Assembly: GCA_040954595.2 (NCBI GenBank) | Contig: CM082588.2 | Coordinates: forward strand, 4,032,156 to 4,096,155 | DNA: 64,000 bases | Reading direction: 5' to 3' | From: Balanoglossus misakiensis | Lineage: Eukaryota > Animalia > Hemichordata | Shown: in pieces, positions 51,444 through 63,905 of the stretch | How the letters are laid out: each line of letters begins with the position of its first letter | How positions within the stretch are numbered: the first letter of the stretch is position 1 | Made by a program: the position numbers and the translations under genes | The notes under the pieces: model-generated | The model's database searches: none | What the model was told of the DNA's origin: nothing | Seen by the model: the letters and a program-made list of their open reading frames with translations, nothing else

Positions 51444-53373
51444 CTCCTTTTTACATACAATTAATGTCACATTTTCCCTTAATACCGACAGGGTACATAA
51501 TCTGTACGTACATTTAAATGTTACTTGTTAGGAAATCCCTGAGTGTGCGGATTATTGAGCGATGGCCGTGTATACTGGAAACGTCAGGGGATAAATCAGC
51601 GGTGCTGTACACACGGGCGCCATTTGTTAAGACACCATCACCCGTTGAATTGTACAAATTAATGACATTTTTAAAAGTCAAGGGTCAGGTGCAAGTGGGA
51701 AGATAGGGCTGCATAAGATCTACTTTAAACATGCTGGACGTTACAAGGGAGATCTCCTGATTTCAAATTATTGTTAAACGAATCCAAGCAAACTATAAAA
51801 ATAGCATGGAAAAATTTAGAAGACGATATTTTGTTGCGTTGTGTAGGCAACCTGTCGTCAGCCAATTTTAATCAGGTGCGTCATAGTCATCTGACATGAA
51901 AAAAGAGTCACTTTTCTATACATTGAAGACTGGGAGCAGGGCTACACTGAAACGTTTTTAATATCAGAAACCCAAGAGATGGCAAAAAATTACTTTCGTG
52001 CTATTGTATGGTTTCCCAAACACGCAGTATACAACGACATTCAGTCACATCAGCCTAAGGACTGCTAGAGAATGTTTGAACATTGGCAAATCGCCTTGTT
52101 TGACTAGTGCTTTTCAAACACGCCCATGAGATTGTAAAATACATAACCGACGCAGGAAGTCGTCTCAATTCTGAGCATTTCTGCTGAGTGTGATTCAAAA
52201 CACCATTTACAACACATGTGAACGTTCTTTTTCTAGTAGCCAGGAGCTTTATATTGATCCAAGCCTGATTTCAAGCCGGGTTTTTAGAGTTTCGAACTAA
52301 CAAGGTCGCATAGCATTGTCTCTCACTGATTTCTTGAATTTCTATAATTCCATTTTATGGCGTTATTTGCACGCCATAGTGAACTTCTTTCAGTCAGAAT
52401 TTACTGTACCACACCTTTTCATGAAAGGTTTGAGTTATCTCAACTGTGATTTTCATATTTCTGTGTTTTCGGCTGAAATCTGTAATTTTTAAAGCGCTAT
52501 CTGTAACTGACGTTCTCCTCTGTGGGTGAGACAGAAAAAAGAAGATACACTATAACGAGGATTTCTTTGATTGCCTACTATAAATGATCCCAATTTAGTT
52601 CGCCTGACAAACTCAGTATGCAATTTAGACGCGACGATGGTTTAAGGGTCTTTTCTGGTACAATTATCTTTCTCCCTTTACTATTATTGCACGGGTTTAT
52701 AACCAAATGAAAGGGTAGGAGGCGTATTTCCACGTTGTGCAATGACGTGGAAAAATAATGTATACCTAGCTGTTCTTCAAGTAATGGTGTTTGTGAAATA
52801 TACAGTACATAAGAAAAATGTCTTAATGCAATCTGACAATTTCACGTCGATCATAATGTTTTGCAAGGTTCATAAACAAACGTTATACAAAATGTATCTG
52901 CGACAAGTGTGACTATCATTAAGATTTTGAAATTGCGTTGTACAGTGTATTAACGCGCTTTAGAAGGCTCCTAATGGCTTCAATTGTCTGGTATAATTGA
53001 ATGTATTGCCTTAAATTGCCTGTCATTTTGGAAATTGACAGTTGTGGCTTGTATACTATGATTATGTTTTACATTAAGCGTGTTATGTGCAGTTCAACCC
53101 TGACTCTTTATTGAATGTACTGCATGCAATGACGCTAATTTCTCATATTATTACTGTACATTGTATCAGATATAAATCTTAGCATTAGGCCCTACTATTG
53201 ATTAATTAATTATTAAATACCCGTAAAGCGCCATTAAGTGTTCATGGGTGCTTATCAATGGAAGAAATGTCAAATTTAAAACCGATCGAAAACAAGCAGA
53301 TTAGATAGATGTCACCACGCCTGTTGGCGACCTGCTACACCCCTCTCAAAATTCTCCACCTGTGGCTGATTTT

Positions 53374-53400
53374 TCTCCTCCTCCTCCTCCTCCTCCTCCC
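53374..53400. repeat. (CCT)n microsatellite
   Basis: Read directly from the sequence. Confidence 0.85.
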
Positions 53401-53501
53401 CTCTTTCCAGAACACACACTGCCACTTTCAACATACACCCCCCTCCCCTTAATCTTGGAATCGCCGTCCCTACGTGACAGCCTCCCGAAATGGCATTTGT
53501 T

Positions 53502-53643
53502 CACGTGACGTCACAAGGCACCTCAGGAAGGGACATAAAGCTTATCGATGACGTCACGTCGAGCGAAATTTAAGTAGAAATGGGTAGGACCAATGGGAAA
53601 TGAATTCGTTCGCAAAGTCTGCCTAATCGCGGAGGATTATAAA
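53502..53643 (+). promoter_or_regulatory. Candidate proximal promoter of the GPCR: E-box, two full CRE palindromes, CCAAT and a TATA-like element
   Basis: CACGTG at 53502-53507 overlaps TGACGTCA at 53506-53513; a second TGACGTCA is at 53549-53556, CCAAT at ~53590 and ttataaa at ~53637. A splice acceptor ttgttttcccacag ends at 53862. Confidence 0.5.
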
Positions 53644-54125
53644 TTGAATCGGGTATGCGTTCTCCGCAGCTGTTCTTTCTGTTGGAAATTCAAATATTTA
53701 AAGCAGAAAAGCTTGTGGCGCCTGGCGAATTTTAATCGGCGCGATCAAGAAATATGAGTGCCAGGTCTGTCACCTGAGGATAATGAAATAAGGTGTAAAT
53801 CATCGAATCGAATTCAACGCATGCACCGCAATAATAGATCAATGATTCTTGTTTTCCCACAGATATGACCTAGAGGGTTCTGGGTGGATTATTGCAGAGT
53901 TATAGTCTGAAGAAGAAAAGACCATAATCCGTCTGTATCCGTTTGTATACTTCAGACAAGGAATGCGTCATTCCTTATGGCTGTGGGTCGTTAAAGCTCA
54001 TAATGGTATGACTTCAGAACCTGAAGATAACAGACCGAACTCGTACGTTATTGTCAAGTGCCGCCGCGATAGGATCGCCGGCGCACTGCCGGCCAACACG
54101 CACTTGACTCGCAGACCAGTGAACC

Positions 54126-55292
54126 ATGGATTACGGCAGCATCGACTACGATCGCATCCTGGAGCGATCGGGGGAGCTCGGCGCGATAAACATCACCTTG
54201 ATCGAGAAACTGCTGGCCGAGCTGAACTTCAGCAGCCTGCAGGAGTTTGTTGATTATTTCGACATCGACGTGCCCAGCATCGTGCACGAGATGTCGCTCA
54301 GCTCCAAGATAACGCTGGGGTTCTTCTACGCCCTGGTGTTCGTCCTGGCCGTGGTGGGCAACATCCTGGTCATCATGGCGGTCGTCTTCAACAAGACCAT
54401 GCAGACCGTGACCAACGTTTTCATCGTGTCGCTCGCCGTGTCGAACTTCATGATCGCCATGTTCTGCATCCCGTTCACGTTCATCGAGGCCACGACCGCC
54501 GAGTGGGTCCTGGGATCCGTCATGTGCAAAATCCTGCCGTACATAACCACGGTGTCGGTGACATCAAACATCTTAACGCTGACCTGCATCGCCGTGAATC
54601 GCTACTACGCCGTCTGCTTTCCGCTGCAGAACAAAGTGAAGATGACTAAATGCCGGGCTATCTGGATCGCGGTGATAATCTGGTTCGTTGCTATGGCAGC
54701 CATGGCCCCGCAGCTCTTTGTCTTGCAAACCCACGTAATCCGAGATATTCTCTGGGACAGAGAATACATCATCTGCATGGAGGTTTGGCCGCGGAAACAC
54801 CAGAAAAAGATATTCACTTTCTTTATCGTGGGTTCCTTCTACCTCCTGCAGATTGCGATCATGACCGGTCTCTACGCGAGGATCGGCCACCGGCTGTGGG
54901 CGAAGAACGCCGTGGGGCCCTCGCAGATCCACCCGGAGTACCTGGCGGCGTCGCTGAGGAGGAAGCGGCGCGCCACGCTGATGCTCATCCTCGTCGTGGT
55001 GCTCTTCGCCCTCTGCTGGGCTCCCTTCCAGGTGGTCAGCGTCATCCGCGAGTTCCCGCCGCTGCCGGACAACGAGACGAACCGCCTGATGTTGGCCGTG
55101 GTGCAGCTGATCGCCTTCTGCGACACCTGCATCAACCCGTTCATTTACGCCTTCCTCAACGAGAACTTCAGGAAGCGCTTCATCGCCTCGCTGAGATGCA
55201 AGAGACGCAAGCGCCCAACAAAGGTGGTGGTCCAAGCCCAGAAACAGCTCTACCAGACCAAGAATATTTACATCGCGGAAAGTATTATTTGA
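54126..55292 (+). CDS. Class A (rhodopsin-like) neuropeptide GPCR, QRFP/pyroglutamylated RFamide receptor-like, 388 aa; CDS in a single exon
   Basis: Seven hydrophobic segments; GN in TM1; 'MQTVTNVFIVSLAVS..FCIPFT'; 'WVLG..MCK' in ECL1/TM3; 'LTLTCIAVNRY'; ECL2 'CMEVW'; 'LFALCWAPF'; 'INPFIYAFLNENFR'. GC3 is high. Confidence 0.93.
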   Translation: MDYGSIDYDRILERSGELGAINITLIEKLLAELNFSSLQEFVDYFDIDVPSIVHEMSLSSKITLGFFYALVFVLAVVGNILVIMAVVFNKTMQTVTNVFIVSLAVSNFMIAMFCIPFTFIEATTAEWVLGSVMCKILPYITTVSVTSNILTLTCIAVNRYYAVCFPLQNKVKMTKCRAIWIAVIIWFVAMAAMAPQLFVLQTHVIRDILWDREYIICMEVWPRKHQKKIFTFFIVGSFYLLQIAIMTGLYARIGHRLWAKNAVGPSQIHPEYLAASLRRKRRATLMLILVVVLFALCWAPFQVVSVIREFPPLPDNETNRLMLAVVQLIAFCDTCINPFIYAFLNENFRKRFIASLRCKRRKRPTKVVVQAQKQLYQTKNIYIAESII

Positions 55293-58200
55293 GTTTGTAG
55301 GATATACAGTTTCAGATATGCATAATTGGAATAAGAGTTATTTTGTATACACCTGGATTTGCTAGGGTCGGAAAACATAAGTTTTTCACCATAAAGCCGG
55401 TTATGAACAGTTTATAGTTTAATATTGGTGCGTACCTATATTAGGGGTTAACTTCATGCAGTACAGTACTGTAAATTTATTACTGGTACATGGTTAAAGC
55501 CGGTTGATTGCAAACACGTTTTCAAAACTGACTTATGTTTACATTTTTTGAGGTGGACATACTGTATGTGAACGGAAACATTTGCTTCATCATGTTTCAG
55601 ATGCAAGCATTAGTTTCATAAAGTGAATCATTTAAAGTTTGTAATTCGTCTAGGGAAAGCATGCGAAATAATCATGGAATAATTAGGCGATGCGCTAAAA
55701 TACCCAACCAGCTCCCAAAAGTGTAGCGAACTGGCCCCATAGAGACGTGTATTGGCCTCCATCATCTTTTTGCGCAGTAATTGTCTGCCGGCGGAAAAGT
55801 AATCTGATGTATAACCTGCTGTACGCAACATCCAGCGGAAAGATTAACGCAAGATGACTCACTAATATTCATTCAAATATGACATTTTGTTTACCAGTAT
55901 ATACCTTTCCTTATCTCATAGCCTGGCCTACCCCCGGAGACAATGTTTTTTTGTCCAGATTGTCTGTCTGTCAATGCAATTTCAGTTTCATTTAAAACCT
56001 ACTCCTGAATTTGCCTAGCCTTAGCCCTATTTCATGGCGAAATATTCTGTGAAGAATAGACATGTTTTTCTTCGCCTTTGAGTACATAATTATCTAATTT
56101 CGATGAGTGCATCTGACTAATTTAATAATTCCTTTCCTTTTTGGGGGAAATAATGTTTGAATGACGCATGCGGACTGCGTTTTGTTTAGACCATTTGCGA
56201 TCTTTGCACCTTCGTTTCGATTTGGGAATACTATTACATGCAGTTTGGGTGAGGCATTTGAAAAAGCAACGTTTGTATTGCCCGTCTGAAATACTCGAAT
56301 GCTTTCTTATATAACTCGATTTGAGGGGACATTTCATTTTCGGAAAAGAAAAATGCGGTAATTAGAAATGACGGCAATTAAACGAAGGGAAGAGCCATTT
56401 TTGAGGGGGGGGGGGGCACGACCGACGCACAAACAATACAATTTGTGTGAGTGTGTGTGTGTTAATGTGAGTCCCGCTATCTAAGTTGTTGTGTTCCTTA
56501 GGCCCGTAAAATTGTATTGTAGCATTGAAACAATTATGAAACAACAAGAGAATTTACTCACCGTTCCTTTGTATGCTTCTGTCGTCAGTCAACGTAACTC
56601 CCACACTTCCATGGTAACAGTATCTTTGATCTAAATAAATGAGAATATATCAGGATGTAAGACTGTGGCCGACAAATCAACTGATTAGTTTGCTTTTCCC
56701 GGCTACTTTTCCCGAGAAATCTCCCGTTAGACCCTTAATCGTCGGTTGAACCTACTTTTGGCTTGATTAAACCCCTGATATCCTTCCGATTTGTGAAATT
56801 TTACCCCTTTTTGTTACGGATTCAAAATAACCGAGGTGTTTATATCAAAAATATAACCGAGATTACTACTTTCGCAGTTTACTGTATAAATTTGGTAAAT
56901 GTTTAATTTTCGGAATACTGTGCAACGTAATGTATATCTTGATTTTAAACAATCATTAGCAAAGTCGAGGAAAAAATGCGAAACACGCTTGAAAGGAAAG
57001 CGAAATCATAATAGATTAAACTGAGAGCATGGGTGTATATATTTAATACTCCAAGAAGATGAACCCAGAAAGGTCACATGAAAGCTCCACGTTTATCTAT
57101 CTTATATAATTCATGCCAGAAGATAAAATATTGATGATGTCTGTATTCATCATGTTGTATTTGGATAGATGGAGTCTTAATATTGCTTACTGGTGCCTAT
57201 GTTTAATACCATACAGTATTTTGTATTCAAGTCAATTTTGTAAATATTTCATGTAACTTTGACAAAAACCTAGTAACATTTTATTCCCTATGACGGATGT
57301 ATACAAATTGGCGTTTATAACGTTATCGAAAGAAATAATATCTGGGAACAATATTAGCTAGTCATGTGACGTAACTTCTTGCCTTCCCAAGAGACGCGGC
57401 AAGTATGTTTACTAAAGTCAAAGCCGGGCAGCTAAAGCAGTGTTATTTGAAAATGCTATTATTATAATTATATTGACGCCACATAATAGTGGGGAGCGTC
57501 AGCAGCGTTAGAAAGGGGACAGGGAACCAGACAAGAAGATCCGCCTGTGCTTTCTGTCGTTTGAGGCGCTTTCACTCTTCTGTACCGGAAGGACACAGAG
57601 AACCCTGGGAGACAGAGCTTGTCGTGACGTCAGACTATCATGTCCATCTATCCACAGTCGACCCAGTGGGAGCTGGGGTAGGGCTATTTGCACCACTAGG
57701 GCGACTGGGGATGAAGCATTTAGTCAACAATGCAGAAGTTATTTTTTACGATGATACTCGAATTATTTAAAGCACATTTGAAGCTTTGAGTATCCCTACC
57801 AAATGTTCTATGACAATTGTTTACGTTCCGTTTCGTATGTAGGATATTGATATTTTATGAAATAAATATCGTATGTAATACACTGAGTGCTCTTTTGTTT
57901 AATTCCATTAGCCGGGAGTGGATCAGTTTTTAACAACCCTGGCATTTCAATAGCGGCGTTTATGGTTGTTTTTCACAATCATTTGTGTAAATGTATGATG
58001 TAATGGATAATAGGTCCTCCTCAGTCTGCCTCCCATTTTACTTTCTGTCAGCGGGGTCATGCAAAATCCGTCAACGTAATAAACTGAAGTAAATTACATT
58101 TAGATGAGCTGTCTGAAAGTGGATAATCTGAGTACTGCATAATCCTCGAGGGGATTGTACAATTTCCTAGATGTATCGGCTTCGCTGGAACAGCTTATCA

Positions 58201-58995
58201 GACTGTGTTAACTTTGAGGTGCAACCGAATATTGATGTTCACTGTTGGTTATCGTCATTGGTTCAGCTGAATAACGGTCTCTGCTACTGGTCACTGTCCT
58301 TGTCCCTCACTTGCATGTTAACAATGGTGCAGCCAATAGGGCAGCAGGTTACAGAATGCTTGATTAGTCACTTTCATGAATCTTTACATTCACTTAGCTT
58401 TTTCAATCGTAAAGTTTTCTCGCGTAACTGGGCAAGTTAAAGTAGTAATTAAGTAAGCAACACAAATGCAGTGATAGGTTTTCAGTCGAACTGGCGGGCT
58501 CGCGGCAACGAAAATCCCTAGCCCTGGGTCAGGCACAAGTCACAAGGCAGACTTAATTAATGATCACTGTGTGAATGGATGACCCAACAAGTAATCCAAA
58601 GTGAACTGAGCGTTGCCTGGGATCAATATCCAGCTGAGGATTCCTGTCTTATAGACCAGTCTGAGGCATTTCCAGGAAATTATACACACACACACTATTG
58701 AACAGTAAAGACAGGCCAGTTTCCTTTTGTTGCCCATAGCAGTTAGAGATTTTCTTGTATACAATAAAGGAAATAATGAAAATGATAAAGCCATCATGAT
58801 CATGTACAAAGTAAATTTTAATGGTTGTGATAACGGAAAATGGTGGTTGTTGAACAGCGTGAAACAATTCTACACTGACTTTTCCTCCTCTATAAGATCT
58901 AGTGTGAGAAACATCTAAGATAAAATATATAAAATATAAATCTGCGAACTGATAAATGATCTCGTCGTACTGCTTGTTGGTTTAGAGTATCACAG

Positions 58996-59350
58996 TCAGT
59001 CCAGGGCCCTCGTATACAATACGCATTCATAATCGTTTCGCGTGACCGCGGCGGTGTTGGGGCGGGGATTTGTCCAAGACTGGCACAAAGCGTCGACGTC
59101 ATCACTGCTCAGGGAAGTCGTCGAAAATTTAAAGGCCTTCATGGCGGATTCGGAGTCGGATATGTTGCGGAGCGCGTCCGAGAGCCGAGGGTCCAAGGGT
59201 GATGTCACGGAACAGCCGGTGAAATCGAGCTCTCCCAATCGAGTGCCGTGTTCTTGTACAGCGCTGACAAGGGACTGGAGACCGCAGTTACCAAGTTTAC
59301 TATTTGCGGACACGGACAAGCTTGAAAGGTTTTTCTTGTTGGGCAGGCAA
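58996..59350 (-). CDS. TONSL: TONSL terminal coding exon (LRR, stop)
   Basis: Translates as CLPNKKNLSSLSVSANSKLGNCGLQSL...LDFTGC...ALD*; acceptor ccattcctcag. Confidence 0.87.
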
Positions 59351-62300
59351 CTGAGGAATGGACAAAATAATAAAGTCGGCCATAAGGACTAAGAACTTAA
59401 AATAAAAGTGTAATGTTATGTTCGCGAGTGTGTCCAATTTAGGCTTCATCAATTCAGGCATCCACGAGTCGCCCAAAAGTGCACAGATTTTTCATGACGT
59501 CACAGACATGACATAAGGGAATAATTTTCTGCGCCGTCTCGTGTTTTCTTGACTATTAAGCACATGTAACCATATAAATAGAACCCTCCACCTCAAAGTT
59601 AAGTCTGCTGCCATAGCAACTCAAGCAGTGGATTTTTATCTTGCTATACTGTCATGGCAACACAAGTAGTGGATGCTTACCTGGCAATGTTACGGAGATC
59701 CTCATTGGTCAGAAAACAACCACTGAGATTGAGAGTCTGCAAGGACTTGCCAGTCTGCAAGGTAAAAAGGGATATGCAAATCATAACCAATAGAAAGACA
59801 TGTTACAAGTAAGTGGAGTTGCCAATGAGTGAAGTCCCTGGGTTTATCAATAATTACATTAAAAAGCTATAAACCAAAAGCTTCAGTCCTACTTTTAAAA
59901 GTCACCTCTACATTTTTCAAATAAAGGGTATGTTTCACACTACGGTAACTGCATGCCTGTTTTTTTTTGTATTTTTCACAGGAAACAGTGTTGTTCACTC
60001 TATTTATGGCACAAAAACACACCAGGCATCAAATTTGTCTCTAGAGGATGCAGATCGTGACATATCGATGCACTGTGAGTTTCGTTTCGCTCTCAGCTAC
60101 GAGATGATTGTCTGTGAATTGCACAAACAAGCGTGAGTCGAGAATTCTTATAATAGCATGCTGTGTTTTTGTGATGGCTCGGAGAAATATTCATCACAGG
60201 CCTACCAAGGCACAAGTCAGACAAGAGAACTCTTGGCTAGTTTCAGCGCCGAAGCAGATTATCCTGAGCTCCCCAGATTACACTGGATAGCACTTCAGAG
60301 AAATAGGTACAGTCGCCAGTCAGTCATTACTCAATCACATTACAGTCTGCTGTCAAAAACAGCAGTGTGATTTTTTCATCACTGAGGTCAACAACTGATC
60401 GCTTTATTGGGTTTTACTGAACTTATGAGAAATCTGAAACTTGGATTCTTGTCTGCAACACTAATTAAATAAAATTGCAAAACTCAAGCCACCACAAAAA
60501 ATAACAAGCTGTGTTCTCATAATTTAAGGAAAAGATCTCTGTATGTATATTTTTTCGCTACTTCAATATTCATATGCTCAAAGCCAATTTAAATCCCACA
60601 ATTTCCCAGGAGTGTTCCAAATGACTACATGAGTTATTGAAATCAAAAAATTATATTTCTCAGGTGTATATATGCAATATTTCGACAAGATAGTCACACT
60701 CAGACATTTCATGAAAGCATAGCATAAATTTTCCAGCCCTCTGACCCCAACTCCCAGAAGAAGGACAAACAGACATTTAGAAATATCTGCCACGACGACA
60801 TACCTGTGTTAGGAAAGTCTTGACATGGCTGCTGAAGGCTAGGGAGTTATTTGACGCCAAGGTGTAGGACAAATCTAAAGACATCAGATGAGGTGGGAGA
60901 CACTTGAGCAATAACTCGACTCCAGTAGAACCAAGATTATTATAAGACACGACCAGGGTATGGAGATGAACTGCACCTGTGAGAAAAAAAACAAAGACCT
61001 ATGAGAGGCTAAGAAAATTATATGGGTGCATCTGTGCCACCAATGCAGTGTCGTGATTGGATGAGCGCCTGTTTTGATTTTATGCTGTGCCGACCATGGT
61101 TTAATAGAGCATAGAATATATACTAGTTTAATGCATAAAAATACAGGAGGGGGCACAGTTCAGATATAAGGGATTTTTTTGCTAAAAAATAAGTCACTTG
61201 ATGTGGATATGAAACTAATTTCTACAAATTTCTCTGTATTTTGAGGAGTGTTCTAGAGTGTGTTAAAATAAAGTGCTTGTTCTGGGTCTATTTTATTTTA
61301 ACCACTGTTACAAGCAAATAACATGGTACCCACCCTGCAGAGCGTCGTGTATGTTTCTCTGGAAAGACTGGAAGAACTTGACGGTCAGCTGGCATGATGT
61401 CAGTTTCAGAGTGGATAACAGAGGGCAGTGTTTAATGATGGCGGCCAGGGACAGGGTGCAGGAATCGGATAGTGGATTGAAACTCAAATCCAGCACTTCC
61501 AAACTCTGAAAAATAAAAGGAACAGAAAATCTGCAGATATAGAACCCAATTGAAAGAACCTCAACAACTTCACAGAAACACAATGACGGACGCAGCACAG
61601 ACAAAGTGTGTGTGAGGAAGTCACATCTTAAATTCATCTTCAATTGCGTTTATTTCCCGTTTATCACTCCTTAAAATGCATGCTGAAAGACATCTCAACA
61701 TAAGTGTTAATTTTTCACGACCGAAACAAGGACATTTGCATGTGTTGAAAAACAAGCTACTCGGAAGAGACCTACTTGTAATGGTTTTCGTGAACCCTGC
61801 CTCTGCAAGTCTCCTTCGACGTTTCCTGTATCCTGTCCACCAAGGGCGGAGGCCAACACCTTCAATCCTTTCTCGGTGACAACGTTGCCGGAAAGGTCCA
61901 ACACACTGAGATCTGGCATGGTCGTCAGAGCCTCCGCCAGATGATGGAGAGCTCCATCTTTGATCTGGTTGCCCGGCAACAGCAGCTGCTTGATGGAGTA
62001 CTGTCTCTGCAGCGCCTTGAACAAGGGGATGGCCGCGACGGTGGTGAGAGCGAGGTCTTTGAACGCCAGCTCGTTACTGTTGTGGCTCGATGCCAGGATG
62101 TCTCGGACCTTGGGATGTTCCGCTGGAAAACAAAACAAGATGAGAATGAAAAGCTGAACCTGTCATACAGTGAAAGCTTAAACCCCATGCCACTTTTAGT
62201 ATACATTGTATTTTTAATGATAAAATACTACCCTTGGTAGTAATTCAATCTTCTCCCTTTTATCAATATCCTACTGGAAATATTATTTCTGTATTTTCTA

Positions 62301-63905
62301 GAAATACGACCATTCCCATACCTGTGTGACTAGACTCACACGCTTTGCTGTATCGCTCTGGCAAAGGTTGTAAATTCCAGGATTGTACTTCGCCAATTAT
62401 CTACGATGAAAATAAACAAAAGTTTGTTATCATGAAGGAATTGTCGCTAGAGGACGCTATCATTAGCTGGCCACTTCGACAGAGGCCACATCACCAATTC
62501 CTTGCTGACAGATTCCAAAAATGTTCTGTTGATACCAAAGTTTTGTAACAGAAACATGCAGTTGCAAAAACTATGAAATCAATACCTCTTCATTTGCAGA
62601 CACGACGTCCATGATTGTGTCCTCGGCTGAGAAAAGTGCTCCTTCACTGGTCATCAACACCAAGTTGGGACGATGACCGCTGACTGTGTAGTATCTGTGT
62701 GTAGACTGCTCAGTCAACCAGCTGATTGTCTTGTCCCTGTGGAGAATTGTAAATTACATGTATTATGTGGTTGAATGATTTAACATCGTTATCCCCTGAT
62801 AGATTCAGGCAAATGCACTAGTATGACACTATCAATTTAAGTAAAAATTTGACTGTGATAATATGTTACCTTGTAGGAACTGGGATGAGAAATATCTTGT
62901 CATGAACTTTGACCCGTACTCTCATTGGTGCAGAGGCTCCAGAGTTGATCATCACATGATCAGCAGTTGATGACAACTCAGTCTGTGATAATGGTACAGA
63001 GGTGTCTGTCATGTCAATGTCAAGGTCATCGCCAACTTGACCTTGAGTGCGATGAGACCTGTCGGCGTCCTGCGAGATTACTGATGTGGTGACGGACATG
63101 TTTGTCAGTTTCAGTTGTCGGGTTTTCCTGGGTTTGTTCTTCAGCGAGAGCGAGCGTTTCGCGGAGTGCCCGCTGCCGCTCCCCTGTGTGGTCTGATTTG
63201 GAGCTTGCCTGAATACTGACTCCACGTCCATGCGTTTCCTCTTCGACGGTTTTTGTCTCACGTCATTGATGAGCCAATCATCTGCTGTGTAATACTCCTC
63301 AGGGATCAACGCAGGCTGTTCTGCGTTCGCATTGGCTGGACTGGTCTGGCGTGGAAGCTGCGACGATGTGGGTCTACTTGAGCGGCTTCCCACGTTCGAA
63401 ATCGCATCCTGGTACATATTGGAGGCGCTCGGTGGCTGGGCCAGCTCCATGACATCACCGAGGGACGGGTTCGGGTAGAACTCATCACCGTCATCGAAAT
63501 CAGCAGCTGAGTTCTCCATGTACGGCCCGTCCTCTTCAGTATCCATGGAATCAATCTGGACGATCTCTTCATCATCATTCCGGGAACCTTCTCTCACGGT
63601 TGCTGGTAGTATCGACCTCACCATGGCAACATCACTGACATCTGCATCACTGTTGTCAGAAATGTTGCCGTAACTCTCATTGTCATCATCATCATCTTCA
63701 ACATCCAGCAGATTTCTCCTCATGGAAACACCACCCCTACGCGACTGCAACGACCTTCTCTCAGAACTATGAGAGGATGTACGAATTTCATGACGCGGTC
63801 TTACTGGCAGTGGTGATGGCATTCTGCAGCTGTCATCTTCTTCCTTGTCGAACAGATCATCATCACCTTGGTTTGACGTGGCAGATACATGCTGGGTAGA
63901 ACTAC
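58996..63905 (-). CDS. TONSL: Tonsoku-like protein (TONSL), 3' portion: acidic linker, ubiquitin-like domain and leucine-rich repeats; 8 coding exons, 5' end outside the window
   Basis: Exons join in frame across GT-AG introns: 63905-62870, 62736-62586, 62400-62322, 62122-61776, 61505-61334, 60976-60804, 59754-59681, 59350-58996. Motifs 'RVRVKVHDKIFLIPVP', 'ISWLTEQSTHRYY', 'EVQSWNLQPLPERYSKAC' and the LRRs 'LDLSGN' and 'LDLSFNPL' match the TONSL C-terminal half. Confidence 0.93.
59681..59754 (-). CDS. TONSL: TONSL exon (LRR)
   Basis: Translates as TGKSLQTLNLSGCFLTNEDLRNIA; ccttgcag / gtaagc boundaries. Confidence 0.85.
60804..60976 (-). CDS. TONSL: TONSL exon (LRR)
   Basis: Translates as AVHLHTLVVSYNNLGSTGVELLLKCLPPHLMSLDLSYT...FLTQ; ttttctcacag / gtatgt boundaries. 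Confidence 0.88.
61334..61505 (-). CDS. TONSL: TONSL exon (LRR)
   Basis: Translates as SLEVLDLSFNPLSDSCTLSLAAIIKHCPLLSTLKLTSCQL...ALQ; ttttcag / gtgggt boundaries. Confidence 0.88.
61776..62122 (-). CDS. TONSL: TONSL exon (LRR)
   Basis: Translates as EHPKVRDIL...LDLSGNVVTEKGL...KPLQ; tgttttccag / gtaggt boundaries. Confidence 0.9.
62322..62400 (-). CDS. TONSL: TONSL exon
   Basis: Translates as IIGEVQSWNLQPLPERYSKACESSHT; ttttcatcgtag / gtatgg boundaries. Confidence 0.88.
62586..62736 (-). CDS. TONSL: TONSL exon (UBL domain)
   Basis: Translates as DKTISWLTEQSTHRYYTVSGHRPNLVLMTSEGALFSAEDTIMDVVSANEE; ttctccacag / gtattg boundaries. Confidence 0.9.
62870..63905 (-). CDS. TONSL: TONSL exon (acidic low-complexity linker and start of UBL domain)
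   Basis: Acceptor ttgttcaattccag, donor AG|gtaaca; 1036 nt open in the frame of ORF 62866..63822. Confidence 0.88.

Noticed and set aside
54054-55300. Overlapping ORFs of 216 and 220 aa and shorter ones over the GPCR
   Set aside because: Alternative-frame and antisense shadows caused by codon bias.
43583-57711. Shared ~16-mer ctagggcgactgggga at ~43583 and ~57696
   Set aside because: Probably the end of an old repeat family, but the flanks could not be aligned well enough to define an element.
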